From positions 37,386,001 to 37,450,000 of the forward strand of contig OZ024758.1 of assembly GCA_964016885.1 (NCBI GenBank): 64,000 nt of DNA, read 5' to 3'. This DNA comes from Eledone cirrhosa (Eukaryota). Below, in pieces: positions 10,801-25,400 of the stretch. Below the pieces are notes generated by a model, which saw nothing but the letters and a program-made list of their open reading frames with translations, had not been told where the DNA came from and searched no databases. The first letter of the stretch is position 1. The number at the start of each line of letters is the position of its first letter. Both the position numbers and the translations under genes were made by a program.

Positions 10801-13666
10801 ATTTAAGTCATGGTATTAGCTGTCAGAAGTAACTCCAATGTTGGTGAGAATTCATTTAAGTTCATGGTATTAGCTGTCAGAAGTAACTCCAATGTTGGTG
10901 AGATTTCATTTAAGTTCATGGTATTAGCTGTCAGAAGGAACTCCACTGTTGCTGAGAATTCATTTAAGTTCATGGTATTAGCTGTCAGAAGTAACTCCAC
11001 TGTTGGTGAGAATTCATTTAAGTTCATGGTACTAGCTGTCAGAAGTAACTCCACTGTTGGTGAGAATTCATTTAAGTTCATGGTATTAGCTGTCAGAAGT
11101 CACTCCAATGTTGGTGAGAATTCATTTAAGTTCATGGTATTAGCTGTCAGAAGTCACTCCACTGTTGGTGAGAATTCATTTAAGTTCATGGTACTAGCTG
11201 TCAGAAGTAACCCCAATGTTGGTGAGAATTCATTTAAGTTCATGGTATTAGCTATCAGAAGTCACTCCAATGTTGGTGAGAATTCATTTAAGTTCATGGT
11301 ATTAGCTGTCAGAAGTAACTCCACTGTTGGTGAGAATTCATTTAAGTTCATGGTATTAGCTGTCAGAAGTAACTCCACTGTTGGTGAGAATTCATTTAAG
11401 TTCATGGTATTAGCTGTCAGAAGGAACTCCACTGTTGGTGAGAATTCATTTAAGTTCATGGTACTAGCTGTCAGAAGTAACTCCACTGTTGGTGAGAATT
11501 CATTTAAGTTCATGGTATTAGTTTGTCAGAAGTAACTCCACTGTTGGTGAGAATTCATTTAAGTCATGGTATTAGTTGTCAGAAGTAACTCCAATGTTGG
11601 TGAGAATTCACTTAAGCCATGGTACTAGCTGTCAGAAGTAACTCCAATGTTGGTGAGAATTCATTTAAGTTCATGGTATTAGCTGTCAGAACGAACTCCA
11701 CTGTTGGTGAGAATTCATTTAAGTTCATGGTATTAGCTGTCAGAAGTAACTCCACTGTTGGTGAGAATTCATTTAAGTTCATGGTACTAGCTGTCAGAAG
11801 AAACTCCAATGTTGGTGAGAATTCATTTAAGTTCATGGTATTAGCTGTCAGAAGTAACTCCACTGTTGGTGAGAGTTCATTTAAGTCATGGTATTAGCTG
11901 TCAGAAGTAACTCCAATGTTGGTGAGAATTCATTTAAGTTCATGGTATTAGCTGTCAGAAGTAACTCCACTGTTGGTGAGAATTCATTTAAGTTCATGGT
12001 ATTAGCTGTCAGAAGTAACTCCACTGTTGGTGAGAATTCATTTAAGTTCATGGTACTAGCTGTCAGAAGTAACTCCACTGTTGGTGAGAATTCATTTAAG
12101 TTCATGGTATTAGTTTGTCAGAAGTAACTCCACTGTTGGTGAGAATTCATTTAAGTCATGGTATTAGTTGTCAGAAGTAACTCCAATGTTGGTGAGAATT
12201 CATTTAAGTTCATGGTATTAGCTGTCAGAAGGAACTCCACTGTTGGTGAGAATTCATTTAAGTTCATGGTATTAGCTGTCAGAAGGAACTCCAATGTTGG
12301 TGAGAATTCATTTAAGTTCATGGTATTAGCTGTCAGAAGGAACTCCACTGTTGGTGAGAATTCATTTAAGTTCATGGTATTAGCTGTCAGAAGGAACTCC
12401 AATGTTGGTGAGAATTCATTTAAGTCATGGTACTAGCTGTCAGAAGTAACTCCAATGTTGGTGAGAATTCATTTAAGTCATGGTACTAGCTGTCAGAAGT
12501 AACTCCAATGTTGGTGAGAATTCATTTAAGTTCATGGTATTAGCTGTCAGAAGGAACTCCACTGTTGGTGAGAATTCATTTAAGTTCATGGTATTAGCTG
12601 TCAGAAGTAACTCCACTGTTGGTGAGAATTCATTTAAGTTCATGGTATTAGCTGTCAGAAGTAACTCCACTGTTGGTGAGAATTCATTTAAGTTCATGGT
12701 ACTAGCTGTCAGAAGTAACTCCAATGTTGGTGAGAATTCATTTAAGTTCATGGTATTAGCTGTCAGAAGTAACTCCACTGTTGGTGAGAATTCATTTAAG
12801 TCATGGTATTAGCTGTCAGAAGTAACTCCAATGTTGGTGAGAATTCATTTAAGTTCATGGTATTAGCTGTCAGAAGTAACTCCAATGTTGGTGAGAATTC
12901 ATTTAAGTTCATGGTATTAGCTGTCAGAAGGAACTCCACTGTTGCTGAGAATTCATTTAAGTTCATGGTATTAGCTGTCAGAAGTAACTCCACTGTTGGT
13001 GAGAATTCATTTAAGTTCATGGTACTAGCTGTCAGAAGTAACTCCACTGTTGGTGAGAATTCATTTAAGTTCATGGTATTAGCTGTCAGAAGTCACTCCA
13101 ATGTTGGTGAGAATTCATTTAAGTTCATGGTATTAGCTGTCAGAAGTCACTCCACTGTTGGTGAGAATTCATTTAAGTTCATGGTACTAGCTGTCAGAAG
13201 TAACCCCAATGTTGGTGAGAATTCATTTAAGTTCATGGTATTAGCTATCAGAAGTCACTCCAATGTTGGTGAGAATTCATTTAAGTTCATGGTATTAGCT
13301 GTCAGAAGTAACTCCACTGTTGGTGAGAATTCATTTAAGTTCATGGTATTAGCTGTCAGAAGTAACTCCACTGTTGGTGAGAATTCATTTAAGTTCATGG
13401 TATTAGCTGTCAGAAGGAACTCCACTGTTGGTGAGAATTCATTTAAGTTCATGGTACTAGCTGTCAGAAGTAACTCCACTGTTGGTGAGAATTCATTTAA
13501 GTTCATGGTATTAGTTTGTCAGAAGTAACTCCACTGTTGGTGAGAATTCATTTAAGTTCATGGTATTAGTTTGTCAGAAGTAACTCCACTGTTGGTGAGA
13601 ATTCATTTAAGTCATGGTATTAGTTGTCAGAAGTAACTCCAATGTTGGTGAGAATTCATTTAAGCC
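4886..13666. repeat. Run of 37-monomer (1,993 bp) higher-order repeat units, including a 30-mer (1,615 bp) and a 38-mer (2,048 bp) variant
   Basis: ORF-start offsets 4886>6879>8872, 5209>7202>9195, 6018>8011 and 9626>11619 all equal 1,993. The unit is 323+809+269+270+322 bp = 6+15+5+5+6 monomers. 8011>9626 = 1,615 (7 monomers fewer). 11619>13667 = 2,048 (one extra 55-bp monomer). Confidence 0.93.
6000..13215. repeat. Tandem duplication with a 3,608-bp period (67 monomers); junction at 9598-9617
   Basis: Offsets 6018>9626, 6879>10487, 7202>10810, 8872>12480 and 9195>12803 equal 3,608. The gctgacag marker is at 7054 and 10662 and is absent from the following HOR unit in both copies. Confidence 0.88.
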
Positions 13667-16600
13667 ATGGTACTAGCTGTCAGAAGTAACTCCAATGTTG
13701 GTGAGAATTCATTTAAGTTCATGGTATTAGCTGTCAGAACGAACTCCACTGTTGGTGAGAATTCATTTAAGTTCATGGTATTAGCTGTCAGAAGTAACTC
13801 CACTGTTGGTGAGAATTCATTTAAGTTCATGGTACTAGCTGTCAGAAGTAACTCCAATGTTGGTGAGAATTCATTTAAGTTCATGGTATTAGCTGTCAGA
13901 AGTAACTCCACTGTTGGTGAGAGTTCATTTAAGTCATGGTATTAGCTGTCAGAAGTAACTCCAATGTTGGTGAGAATTCATTTAAGTTCATGGTATTAGC
14001 TGTCAGAAGTAACTCCACTGTTGGTGAGAATTCATTTAAGTTCATGGTATTAGCTGTCAGAAGTAACTCCACTGTTGGTGAGAATTCATTTAAGTTCATG
14101 GTACTAGCTGTCAGAAGTAACTCCACTGTTGGTGAGAATTCATTTAAGTTCATGGTATTAGTTTGTCAGAAGTAACTCCACTGTTGGTGAGAATTCATTT
14201 AAGTCATGGTATTAGTTGTCAGAAGTAACTCCAATGTTGGTGAGAATTCATTTAAGTTCATGGTATTAGCTGTCAGAAGGAACTCCACTGTTGGTGAGAA
14301 TTCATTTAAGTTCATGGTATTAGCTGTCAGAAGGAACTCCAATGTTGGTGAGAATTCATTTAAGTCATGGTACTAGCTGTCAGAAGTAACTCCACTGTTG
14401 GTGAGAATTCATTTAAGTTCATGGTATTAGCTGTCAGAAGTAACTCCACTGTTGGTGAGAATTCATTTAAGTTCATGGTACTAGCTGTCAGAAGTAACTC
14501 CAATGTTGGTGAGAATTCATTTAAGTTCATGGTATTAGTTTGTCAGAAGTAACTCCACTGTTGGTGAGAATTCATTTAAGTCATGGTATTAGTTGTCAGA
14601 AGTAACTCCAATGTTGGTGAGAATTCATTTAAGCCATGGTACTAGCTGTCAGAAGTAACTCCAATGTTGGTGAGAATTCATTTAATTTCATGGTATTAGC
14701 TGTCAGAACGAACTCCACTGTTGGTGAGAATTCATTTAAGTTCATGGTATTAGCTGTCAGAAGTAACTCCACTGTTGGTGAGAATTCAGTTAAGTTCATG
14801 GTACTAGCTGTCAGAAGTAACTCCAATGTTGGTGAGAATTCATTTAAGTTCATGGTATTAGCTGTCAGAAGTAACTCCACTGTTGGTGAGAATTCATTTA
14901 AGTTCATGGTATTAGCTGTCAGAAGGAACTCCACTGTTGGTGAGAATTCATTTAAGTTCATGGTATTAGCTGTCAGAAGTAACTCCACTGTTGGTGAGAA
15001 TTCATTTAAGTCATGGTATTAGCTGTCAGAAGTAACTCCATTGTTGGTGAGAATTCATTTAAGTCATGGTACTAGCTGTCAGAAGTAACTCCAATGTTGG
15101 TGAGAATTCATTTAAGTCATGGTACTAGCTGTCAGAAGTAACTCCAATGTTGGTGAGAATTCATTTAAGTTCATGGTATTAGCTGTCAGAAGGAACTCCA
15201 CCGTTGGTGAGAATTCATTTAAGTTCATGGTATTAGCTGTCAGAAGTAACTCCACTGTTGGTGAGAATTCATTTAAATTCATGGTATTAGCTGTCAGAAG
15301 TAACTCCACTGTTGGTGAGAATTCATTTAAGTTCATGGTACTAGCTGTCAGAAGTAACTCCAATGTTGGTGTGAATTCATTTAAGTTCATGGTATTAGCT
15401 GTCCGAAGTAACTCCACTGTTGGTGAGAATTCATTTAAGTCATGGTATTAGCTGTCAGAAGTAACTCCAATGTTGGTGAGAATTCATTTAAGTTCATGTT
15501 ATTAGCTGTCAGAAGTAACTCCAATGTTGGTGAGAATTCATTTAAGTTCATGGTATTAGCTGTCAGAAGGAACTCCACTGTTGGTGAGAATTCATTTAAG
15601 TTCATGGTATTAGCTGTCAGAAGGAACTCCAATGTTGGTGAGAATTCATTTAAGTCATGGTACTAGCTGTCAGAAGTAACTCCACTGTTGGTGAGAATTC
15701 ATTTAAGTTCATGGTATTAGCTGTCAGAAGTAACTCCACTGTTGGTGAGAATTCATTTAAGTTCATGGTACTAGCTGTCAGAAGTAACTCCAATGTTGGT
15801 GAGAATTCATTTAAGTTCATGGTATTAGCTGTCAGAAGTAACTCCACTGTTGGTGAGAATTCATTTAAGTTCATGGTATTAGCTGTCAGAAGTAACTCCA
15901 CTGTTGGTGAGAATTCATTTAAGTTCATGGTATTAGCTGTCAGAAGGAACTCCACTGTTGGTGAGAATTCATTTAAGTTCATGGTACTAGCTGTCAGAAG
16001 TAACTCCACTGTTGGTGAGAATTCATTTAAGTTCATGGTATTAGTTTGTCAGAAGTAACTCCACTGTTGGTGAGAATTCATTTAAGTCATGGTATTAGTT
16101 GTCAGAAGTAACTCCAATGTTGGTGAGAATTCATTTAAGCCATGGTACTAGCTGTCAGAAGTAACTCCAATGTTGGTGAGAATTCATTTAAGTTCATGGT
16201 ATTAGCTGTCAGAACGAACTCCACTGTTGGTGAGAATTCATTTAAGTTCATGGTATTAGCTGTCAGAAGTAACTCCACTGTTGGTGAGAATTCATTTAAG
16301 TTCATGGTACTAGCTGTCAGAAGTAACTCCAATGTTGGTGAGAATTCATTTAAGTTCATGGTATTAGCTGTCAGAAGTAACTCCACTGTTGGTGAGAGTT
16401 CATTTAAGTCATGGTATTAGCTGTCAGAAGTAACTCCAATGTTGGTGAGAATTCATTTAAGTTCATGGTATTAGCTGTCAGAAGTAACTCCACTGTTGGT
16501 GAGAATTCATTTAAGTTCATGGTATTAGCTGTCAGAAGTAACTCCACTGTTGGTGAGAATTCATTTAAGTTCATGGTACTAGCTGTCAGAAGTAACTCCA

Positions 16601-19600
16601 CTGTTGGTGAGAATTCATTTAAGTTCATGGTATTAGTTTGTCAGAAGTAACTCCACTGTTGGTGAGAATTCATTTAAGTCATGGTATTAGTTGTCAGAAG
16701 TAACTCCAATGTTGGTGAGAATTCATTTAAGTTCATGGTATTAGCTGTCAGAAGGAACTCCACTGTTGGTGAGAATTCATTTAAGTTCATGGTATTAGCT
16801 GTCAGAAGGAACTCCAATGTTGGTGAGAATTCATTTAAGTTCATGGTATTAGCTGTCAGAAGGAACTCCACTGTTGGTGAGAATTCATTTAAGTTCATGG
16901 TATTAGCTGTCAGAAGGAACTCCAATGTTGGTGAGAATTCATTTAAGTCATGGTACTAGCTGTCAGAAGTAACTCCAATGTTGGTGAGAATTCATTTAAG
17001 TCATGGTACTAGCTGTCAGAAGTAACTCCAATGTTGGTGAGAATTCATTTAAGTTCATGGTATTAGCTGTCAGAAGGAACTCCACTGTTGGTGAGAATTC
17101 ATTTAAGTTCATGGTATTAGCTGTCAGAAGTAACTCCACTGTTGGTGAGAATTCATTTAAGTTCATGGTATTAGCTGTCAGAAGTAACTCCACTGTTGGT
17201 GAGAATTCATTTAAGTTCATGGTACTAGCTGTCAGAAGTAACTCCAATGTTGGTGAGAATTCATTTAAGTTCATGGTATTAGCTGTCAGAAGTAACTCCA
17301 CTGTTGGTGAGAATTCATTTAAGTCATGGTATTAGCTGTCAGAAGTAACTCCAATGTTGGTGAGAATTCATTTAAGTTCATGGTATTAGCTGTCAGAAGT
17401 AACTCCAATGTTGGTGAGAATTCATTTAAGTTCATGGTATTAGCTGTCAGAAGGAACTCCACTGTTGCTGAGAATTCATTTAAGTTCATGGTATTAGCTG
17501 TCAGAAGTAACTCCACTGTTGGTGAGAATTCATTTAAGTTCATGGTACTAGCTGTCAGAAGTAACTCCACTGTTGGTGAGAATTCATTTAAGTTCATGGT
17601 ATTAGCTGTCAGAAGTCACTCCAATGTTGGTGAGAATTCATTTAAGTTCATGGTATTAGCTGTCAGAAGTCACTCCACTGTTGGTGAGAATTCATTTAAG
17701 TTCATGGTACTAGCTGTCAGAAGTAACCCCAATGTTGGTGAGAATTCATTTAAGTTCATGGTATTAGCTGTCAGAAGGAACTCCACTGTTGGTGAGAATT
17801 CATTTAAGTTCATGGTATTAGCTGTCAGAAGGAACTCCAATGTTGGTGAGAATTCATTTAAGTCATGGTACTAGCTGTCAGAAGTAACTCCAATGTTGGT
17901 GAGAATTCATTTAAGTCATGGTACTAGCTGTCAGAAGTAACTCCAATGTTGGTGAGAATTCATTTAAGTTCATGGTATTAGCTGTCAGAAGTAACTCCAC
18001 TGTTGGTGAGAATTCATTTAAGTTCATGGTATTAGCTGTCAGAAGTAACTCCACTGTTGGTGAGAATTCATTTAAGTCATGGTATTAGCTGTCAGAAGTA
18101 ACTCCAATGTTGGTGAGAATTTATTTAAGTTCATGGTATTAGCTGTCAGAAGTCACTCCACTGTTGGTGAGAATTCATTTAAGTTCATGGTACTAGCTGT
18201 CAGAAGTAACCCCAATGTTGGTGAGAATTCATTTAAGTTCATGGTATTAGCTGTCAGAAGTAACTCCACTGTTGGTGAGAATTCATTTAAGTTCATGGTA
18301 TTAGCTGTCAGAAGGAACTCCACTGTTGGTGAGAATTCATTTAAGTTCATGGTACTAGCTGTCAGAAGTAACTCCACTGTTGGTGAGAATTCATTTAAGT
18401 TCATGGTATTAGTTTGTCAGAAGTAACTCCACTGTTGGTGAGAATTCATTTAAGTCATGGTATTAGTTGTCAGAAGTAACTCCAATGTTGGTGAGAATTC
18501 ATTTAAGCCATGGTACTAGCTGTCAGAAGTAACTCCAATGTTGGTGAGAATTCATTTAAGTTCATGGTATTAGCTGTCAGAACGAACTCCACTGTTGGTG
18601 AGAATTCATTTAAGTTCATGGTATTAGCTGTCAGAAGTAACTCCACTGTTGGTGAGAATTCATTTAAGTTCATGGTACTAGCTGTCAGAAGTAACTCCAA
18701 TGTTGGTGAGAATTCATTTAAGTTCATGGTATTAGCTGTCAGAAGTAACTCCACTGTTGGTGAGAGTTCATTTAAGTCATGGTATTAGCTGTCAGAAGTA
18801 ACTCCAATGTTGGTGAGAATTCATTTAAGTTCATGGTATTAGCTGTCAGAAGTAACTCCACTGTTGGTGAGAATTCATTTAAGTTCATGGTATTAGCTGT
18901 CAGAAGTAACTCCACTGTTGGTGAGAATTCATTTAAGTTCATGGTACTAGCTGTCAGAAGTAACTCCACTGTTGGTGAGAATTCATTTAAGTTCATGGTA
19001 TTAGTTTGTCAGAAGTAACTCCACTGTTGGTGAGAATTCATTTAAGTCATGGTATTAGTTGTCAGAAGTAACTCCAATGTTGGTGAGAATTCATTTAAGT
19101 TCATGGTATTAGCTGTCAGAAGGAACTCCACTGTTGGTGAGAATTCATTTAAGTCATGGTACTAGCTGTCAGAAGTAACTCCACTGTTGGTGAGAATTCA
19201 TTTAAGTTCATGGTATTAGCTGTCAGAAGTAACTCCACTGTTGGTGAGAATTCATTTAAGTTCATGGTACTAGCTGTCAGAAGTAACTCCAATGTTGGTG
19301 AGAATTCATTTAAGTTCATGGTATTAGTTTGTCAGAAGTAACTCCACTGTTGGTGAGAATTCATTTAAGTCATGGTATTAGTTGTCAGAAGTAACTCCAA
19401 TGTTGGTGAGAATTCATTTAAGCCATGGTACTAGCTGTCAGAAGTAACTCCAATGTTGGTGAGAATTCATTTAATTTCATGGTATTAGCTGTCAGAACGA
19501 ACTCCACTGTTGGTGAGAATTCATTTAAGTTCATGGTATTAGCTGTCAGAAGTAACTCCACTGTTGGTGAGAATTCAGTTAAGTTCATGGTACTAGCTGT

Positions 19601-22430
19601 CAGAAGTAACTCCAATGTTGGTGAGAATTCATTTAAGTTCATGGTATTAGCTGTCAGAAGTAACTCCACTGTTGGTGAGAATTCATTTAAGTTCATGGTA
19701 TTAGCTGTCAGAAGGAACTCCACTGTTGGTGAGAATTCATTTAAGTTCATGGTATTAGCTGTCAGAAGTAACTCCACTGTTGGTGAGAATTCATTTAAGT
19801 CATGGTATTAGCTGTCAGAAGTAACTCCATTGTTGGTGAGAATTCATTTAAGTCATGGTACTAGCTGTCAGAAGTAACTCCAATGTTGGTGAGAATTCAT
19901 TTAAGTCATGGTACTAGCTGTCAGAAGTAACTCCAATGTTGGTGAGAATTCATTTAAGTTCATGGTATTAGCTGTCAGAAGGAACTCCACTGTTGGTGAG
20001 AATTCATTTAAGTTCATGGTATTAGCTGTCAGAAGTAACTCCACTGTTGGTGAGAATTCATTTAAATTCATGGTATTAGCTGTCAGAAGTAACTCCACTG
20101 TTGGTGAGAATTCATTTAAGTTCATGGTACTAGCTGTCAGAAGTAACTCCAATGTTGGTGAGAATTCATTTAAGTTCATGGTATTAGCTGTCCGAAGTAA
20201 CTCCACTGTTGGTGAGAATTCATTTAAGTCATGGTATTAGCTGTCAGAAGTAACTCCAATGTTGGTGAGAATTCATTTAAGTTCATGTTATTAGCTGTCA
20301 GAAGTAACTCCAATGTTGGTGAGAATTCATTTAAGTTCATGGTATTAGCTGTCAGAAGGAACTCCACTGTTGGTGAGAATTCATTTAAGTTCATGGTATT
20401 AGCTGTCAGAAGGAACTCCAATGTTGGTGAGAATTCATTTAAGTCATGGTACTAGCTGTCAGAAGTAACTCCACTGTTGGTGAGAATTCATTTAAGTTCA
20501 TGGTATTAGCTGTCAGAAGTAACTCCACTGTTGGTGAGAATTCATTTAAGTTCATGGTACTAGCTGTCAGAAGTAACTCCAATGTTGGTGAGAATTCATT
20601 TAAGTTCATGGTATTAGCTGTCAGAAGTAACTCCACTGTTGGTGAGAATTCATTTAAGTTCATGGTATTAGCTGTCAGAAGTAACTCCACTGTTGGTGAG
20701 AATTCATTTAAGTTCATGGTATTAGCTGTCAGAAGGAACTCCACTGTTGGTGAGAATTCATTTAAGTTCATGGTACTAGCTGTCAGAAGTAACTCCACTG
20801 TTGGTGAGAATTCATTTAAGTTCATGGTATTAGTTTGTCAGAAGTAACTCCACTGTTGGTGAGAATTCATTTAAGTCATGGTATTAGTTGTCAGAAGTAA
20901 CTCCAATGTTGGTGAGAATTCATTTAAGCCATGGTACTAGCTGTCAGAAGTAACTCCAATGTTGGTGAGAATTCATTTAAGTTCATGGTATTAGCTGTCA
21001 GAACGAACTCCACTGTTGGTGAGAATTCATTTAAGTTCATGGTATTAGCTGTCAGAAGTAACTCCACTGTTGGTGAGAATTCATTTAAGTTCATGGTACT
21101 AGCTGTCAGAAGTAACTCCAATGTTGGTGAGAATTCATTTAAGTTCATGGTATTAGCTGTCAGAAGTAACTCCACTGTTGGTGAGAGTTCATTTAAGTCA
21201 TGGTATTAGCTGTCAGAAGTAACTCCAATGTTGGTGAGAATTCATTTAAGTTCATGGTATTAGCTGTCAGAAGTAACTCCACTGTTGGTGAGAATTCATT
21301 TAAGTTCATGGTATTAGCTGTCAGAAGTAACTCCACTGTTGGTGAGAATTCATTTAAGTTCATGGTACTAGCTGTCAGAAGTAACTCCACTGTTGGTGAG
21401 AATTCATTTAAGTTCATGGTATTAGTTTGTCAGAAGTAACTCCACTGTTGGTGAGAATTCATTTAAGTCATGGTATTAGTTGTCAGAAGTAACTCCAATG
21501 TTGGTGAGAATTCATTTAAGTTCATGGTATTAGCTGTCAGAAGGAACTCCAATGTTGGTGAGAATTCATTTAAGTTCGTGGTATTAGCTGTCAGAAGGAA
21601 CTCCACTGTTGGTGAGAATTCATTTAAGTTCATGGTATTAGCTGTCAGAAGGAACTCCAATGTTGGTGAGAATTCATTTAAGTCATGGTACTAGCTGTCA
21701 GAAGTAACTCCAATGTTGGTGAGAATTCATTTAAGTTCATGGTATTAGCTGTCAGAAGGAACTCCACTGTTGGTGAGAATTCATTTAAGTTCATGGTATT
21801 AGCTGTCAGAAGTAACTCCACTGTTGGTGAGAATTCATTTAAGTTCATGGTATTAGCTGTCAGAAGTAACTCCACTGTTGGTGAGAATTCATTTAAGTTC
21901 ATGGTACTAGCTGTCAGAAGTAACTCCAATGTTGGTGAGAATTCATTTAAGTTCATGGTATTAGCTGTCAGAAGTAACTCCACTGTTGGTGAGAATTCAT
22001 TTAAGTCATGGTATTAGCTGTCAGAAGTAACTCCAATGTTGGTGAGAATTCATTTAAGTTCATGGTATTAGCTGTCAGAAGTAACTCCAATGTTGGTGAG
22101 AATTCATTTAAGTTCATGGTATTAGCTGTCAGAAGGAACTCCACTGTTGCTGAGAATTCATTTAAGTTCATGGTATTAGCTGTCAGAAGTAACTCCACTG
22201 TTGGTGAGAATTCATTTAAGTTCATGGTACTAGCTGTCAGAAGTAACTCCACTGTTGGTGAGAATTCATTTAAGTTCATGGTATTAGCTGTCAGAAGTCA
22301 CTCCAATGTTGGTGAGAATTCATTTAAGTTCATGGTATTAGCTGTCAGAAGTCACTCCACTGTTGGTGAGAATTCATTTAAGTTCATGGTACTAGCTGTC
22401 AGAAGTAACCCCAATGTTGGTGAGAATTCA
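13600..22430. repeat. Imperfect ~4.8-kb duplication (main offset 4,789 bp) with whole-monomer indels
   Basis: 14367>19156, 14636>19425, 15119>19908, 15442>20231, 16142>20931 and 16681>21470 equal 4,789. Flanking offsets are 4,843 and 4,682. Shared markers: ttcagttaag, gtccgaag, catgttatt, ccattgtt. Confidence 0.85.
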
Positions 22431-25400
22431 TTTAAGTTCATGGTATTAGCTATCAGAAGTCACTCCAATGTTGGTGAGAATTCATTTAAGTTCATGGTAT
22501 TAGCTGTCAGAAGTAACTCCACTGTTGGTGAGAATTCATTTAAGTTCATGGTATTAGCTGTCAGAAGTAACTCCACTGTTGGTGAGAATTCATTTAAGTT
22601 CATGGTATTAGCTGTCAGAAGGAACTCCACTGTTGGTGAGAATTCATTTAAGTTCATGGTACTAGCTGTCAGAAGTAACTCCACTGTTGGTGAGAATTCA
22701 TTTAAGTTCATGGTATTAGTTTGTCAGAAGTAACTCCACTGTTGGTGAGAATTCATTTAAGTCATGGTATTAGTTGTCAGAAGTAACTCCAATGTTGGTG
22801 AGAATTCATTTAAGCCATGGTACTAGCTGTCAGAAGTAACTCCAATGTTGGTGAGAATTCATTTAAGTTCATGGTATTAGCTGTCAGAACGAACTCCACT
22901 GTTGGTGAGAATTCATTTAAGTTCATGGTATTAGCTGTCAGAAGTAACTCCACTGTTGGTGAGAATTCATTTAAGTTCATGGTACTAGCTGTCAGAAGTA
23001 ACTCCAATGTTGGTGAGAATTCATTTAAGTTCATGGTATTAGCTGTCAGAAGTAACTCCACTGTTGGTGAGAGTTCATTTAAGTCATGGTATTAGCTGTC
23101 AGAAGTAACTCCAATGTTGGTGAGAATTCATTTAAGTTCATGGTATTAGCTGTCAGAAGTAACTCCACTGTTGGTGAGAATTCATTTAAGTTCATGGTAT
23201 TAGCTGTCAGAAGTAACTCCACTGTTGGTGAGAATTCATTTAAGTTCATGGTACTAGCTGTCAGAAGTAACTCCACTGTTGGTGAGAATTCATTTAAGTT
23301 CATGGTATTAGTTTGTCAGAAGTAACTCCACTGTTGGTGAGAATTCATTTAAGTCATGGTATTAGTTGTCAGAAGTAACTCCAATGTTGGTGAGAATTCA
23401 TTTAAGTTCATGGTATTAGCTGTCAGAAGGAACTCCACTGTTGGTGAGAATTCATTTAAGTTCATGGTATTAGCTGTCAGAAGGAACTCCAATGTTGGTG
23501 AGAATTCATTTAAGTCATGGTACTAGCTGTCAGAAGTAACTCCACTGTTGGTGAGAATTCATTTAAGTTCATGGTATTAGCTGTCAGAAGTAACTCCACT
23601 GTTGGTGAGAATTCATTTAAGTTCATGGTACTAGCTGTCAGAAGTAACTCCAATGTTGGTGAGAATTCATTTAAGTTCATGGTATTAGTTTGTCAGAAGT
23701 AACTCCACTGTTGGTGAGAATTCATTTAAGTCATGGTATTAGTTGTCAGAAGTAACTCCGATGTTGGTGAGAATTCATTTAAGCCATGGTACTAGCTGTC
23801 AGAAGTAACTCCAATGTTGGTGAGAATTCATTTAATTTCATGGTATTAGCTGTCAGAACGAACTCCACTGTTGGTGAGAATTCATTTAAGTTCATGGTAT
23901 TAGCTGTCAGAAGTAACTCCACTGTTGGTGAGAATTCATTTAAGTTCATGGTACTAGCTGTCAGAAGTAACTCCAATGTTGGTGAGAATTCATTTAAGTT
24001 CATGGTATTAGCTGTCCGAAGTAACTCCACTGTTGGTGAGAATTCATTTAAGTCATGGTATTAGCTGTCAGAAGTAACTCCAATGTTGGTGAGAATTCAT
24101 TTAAGTTCATGTTATTAGCTGTCAGAAGTAACTCCAATGTTGGTGAGAATTCATTTAAGTTCATGGTATTAGCTGTCAGAAGGAACTCCACTGTTGGTGA
24201 GAATTCATTTAAGTTCATGGTATTAGCTGTCAGAAGGAACTCCAATGTTGGTGAGAATTCATTTAAGTCATGGTACTAGCTGTCAGAAGTAACTCCACTG
24301 TTGGTGAGAATTCATTTAAGTTCATGGTATTAGCTGTCAGAAGTAACTCCACTGTTGGTGAGAATTCATTTAAGTTCATGGTACTAGCTGTCAGAAGTAA
24401 CTCCAATGTTGGTGAGAATTCATTTAAGTTCATGGTATTAGTTTGTCAGAAGTAACTCCACTGTTGGTGAGAATTCATTTAAGTCATGGTATTAGTTGTC
24501 AGAAGTAACTCCAATGTTGGTGAGAATTCATTTAAGCCATGGTACTAGCTGTCAGAAGTAACTCCAATGTTGGTGAGAATTCATTTAATTTCATGGTATT
24601 AGCTGTCAGAACGAACTCCACTGTTGGTGAGAATTCATTTAAGTTCATGGTATTAGCTGTCAGAAGTAACTCCACTGTTGGTGAGAATTCAGTTAAGTTC
24701 ATGGTACTAGCTGTCAGAAGTAACTCCAATGTTGGTGAGAATTCATTTAAGTTCATGGTATTAGCTGTCAGAAGTAACTCCACTGTTGGTGAGAATTCAT
24801 TTAAGTTCATGGTATTAGCTGTCAGAAGGAACTCCACTGTTGGTGAGAATTCATTTAAGTTCATGGTATTAGCTGTCAGAAGTAACTCCACTGTTGGTGA
24901 GAATTCATTTAAGTTCATGGTATTAGCTGTCAGAAGGAACTCCACTGTTGGTGAGAATTCATTTAAGTTCATGGTATTAGCTGTCAGAAGTAACTCCACT
25001 GTTGGTGAGAATTCATTTAAATTCATGGTATTAGCTGTCAGAAGTAACTCCACTGTTGGTGAGAATTCATTTAAGTTCATGGTACTAGCTGTCAGAAGTA
25101 ACTCCAATGTTGGTGAGAATTCATTTAAGTTCATGGTATTAGCTGTCCGAAGTAACTCCACTGTTGGTGAGAATTCATTTAAGTCATGGTATTAGCTGTC
25201 AGAAGTAACTCCAATGTTGGTGAGAATTCATTTAAGTTCATGTTATTAGCTGTCAGAAGTAACTCCAATGTTGATGAGAATTCATTTAAGTTCATGGTAT
25301 TAGCTGTCAGAAGGAACTCCACTGTTGCTGAGAATTCATTTAAGTTCATGGTATTAGCTGTCAGAAGTAACTCCACTGTTGGTGAGAATTCATTTAAGTT

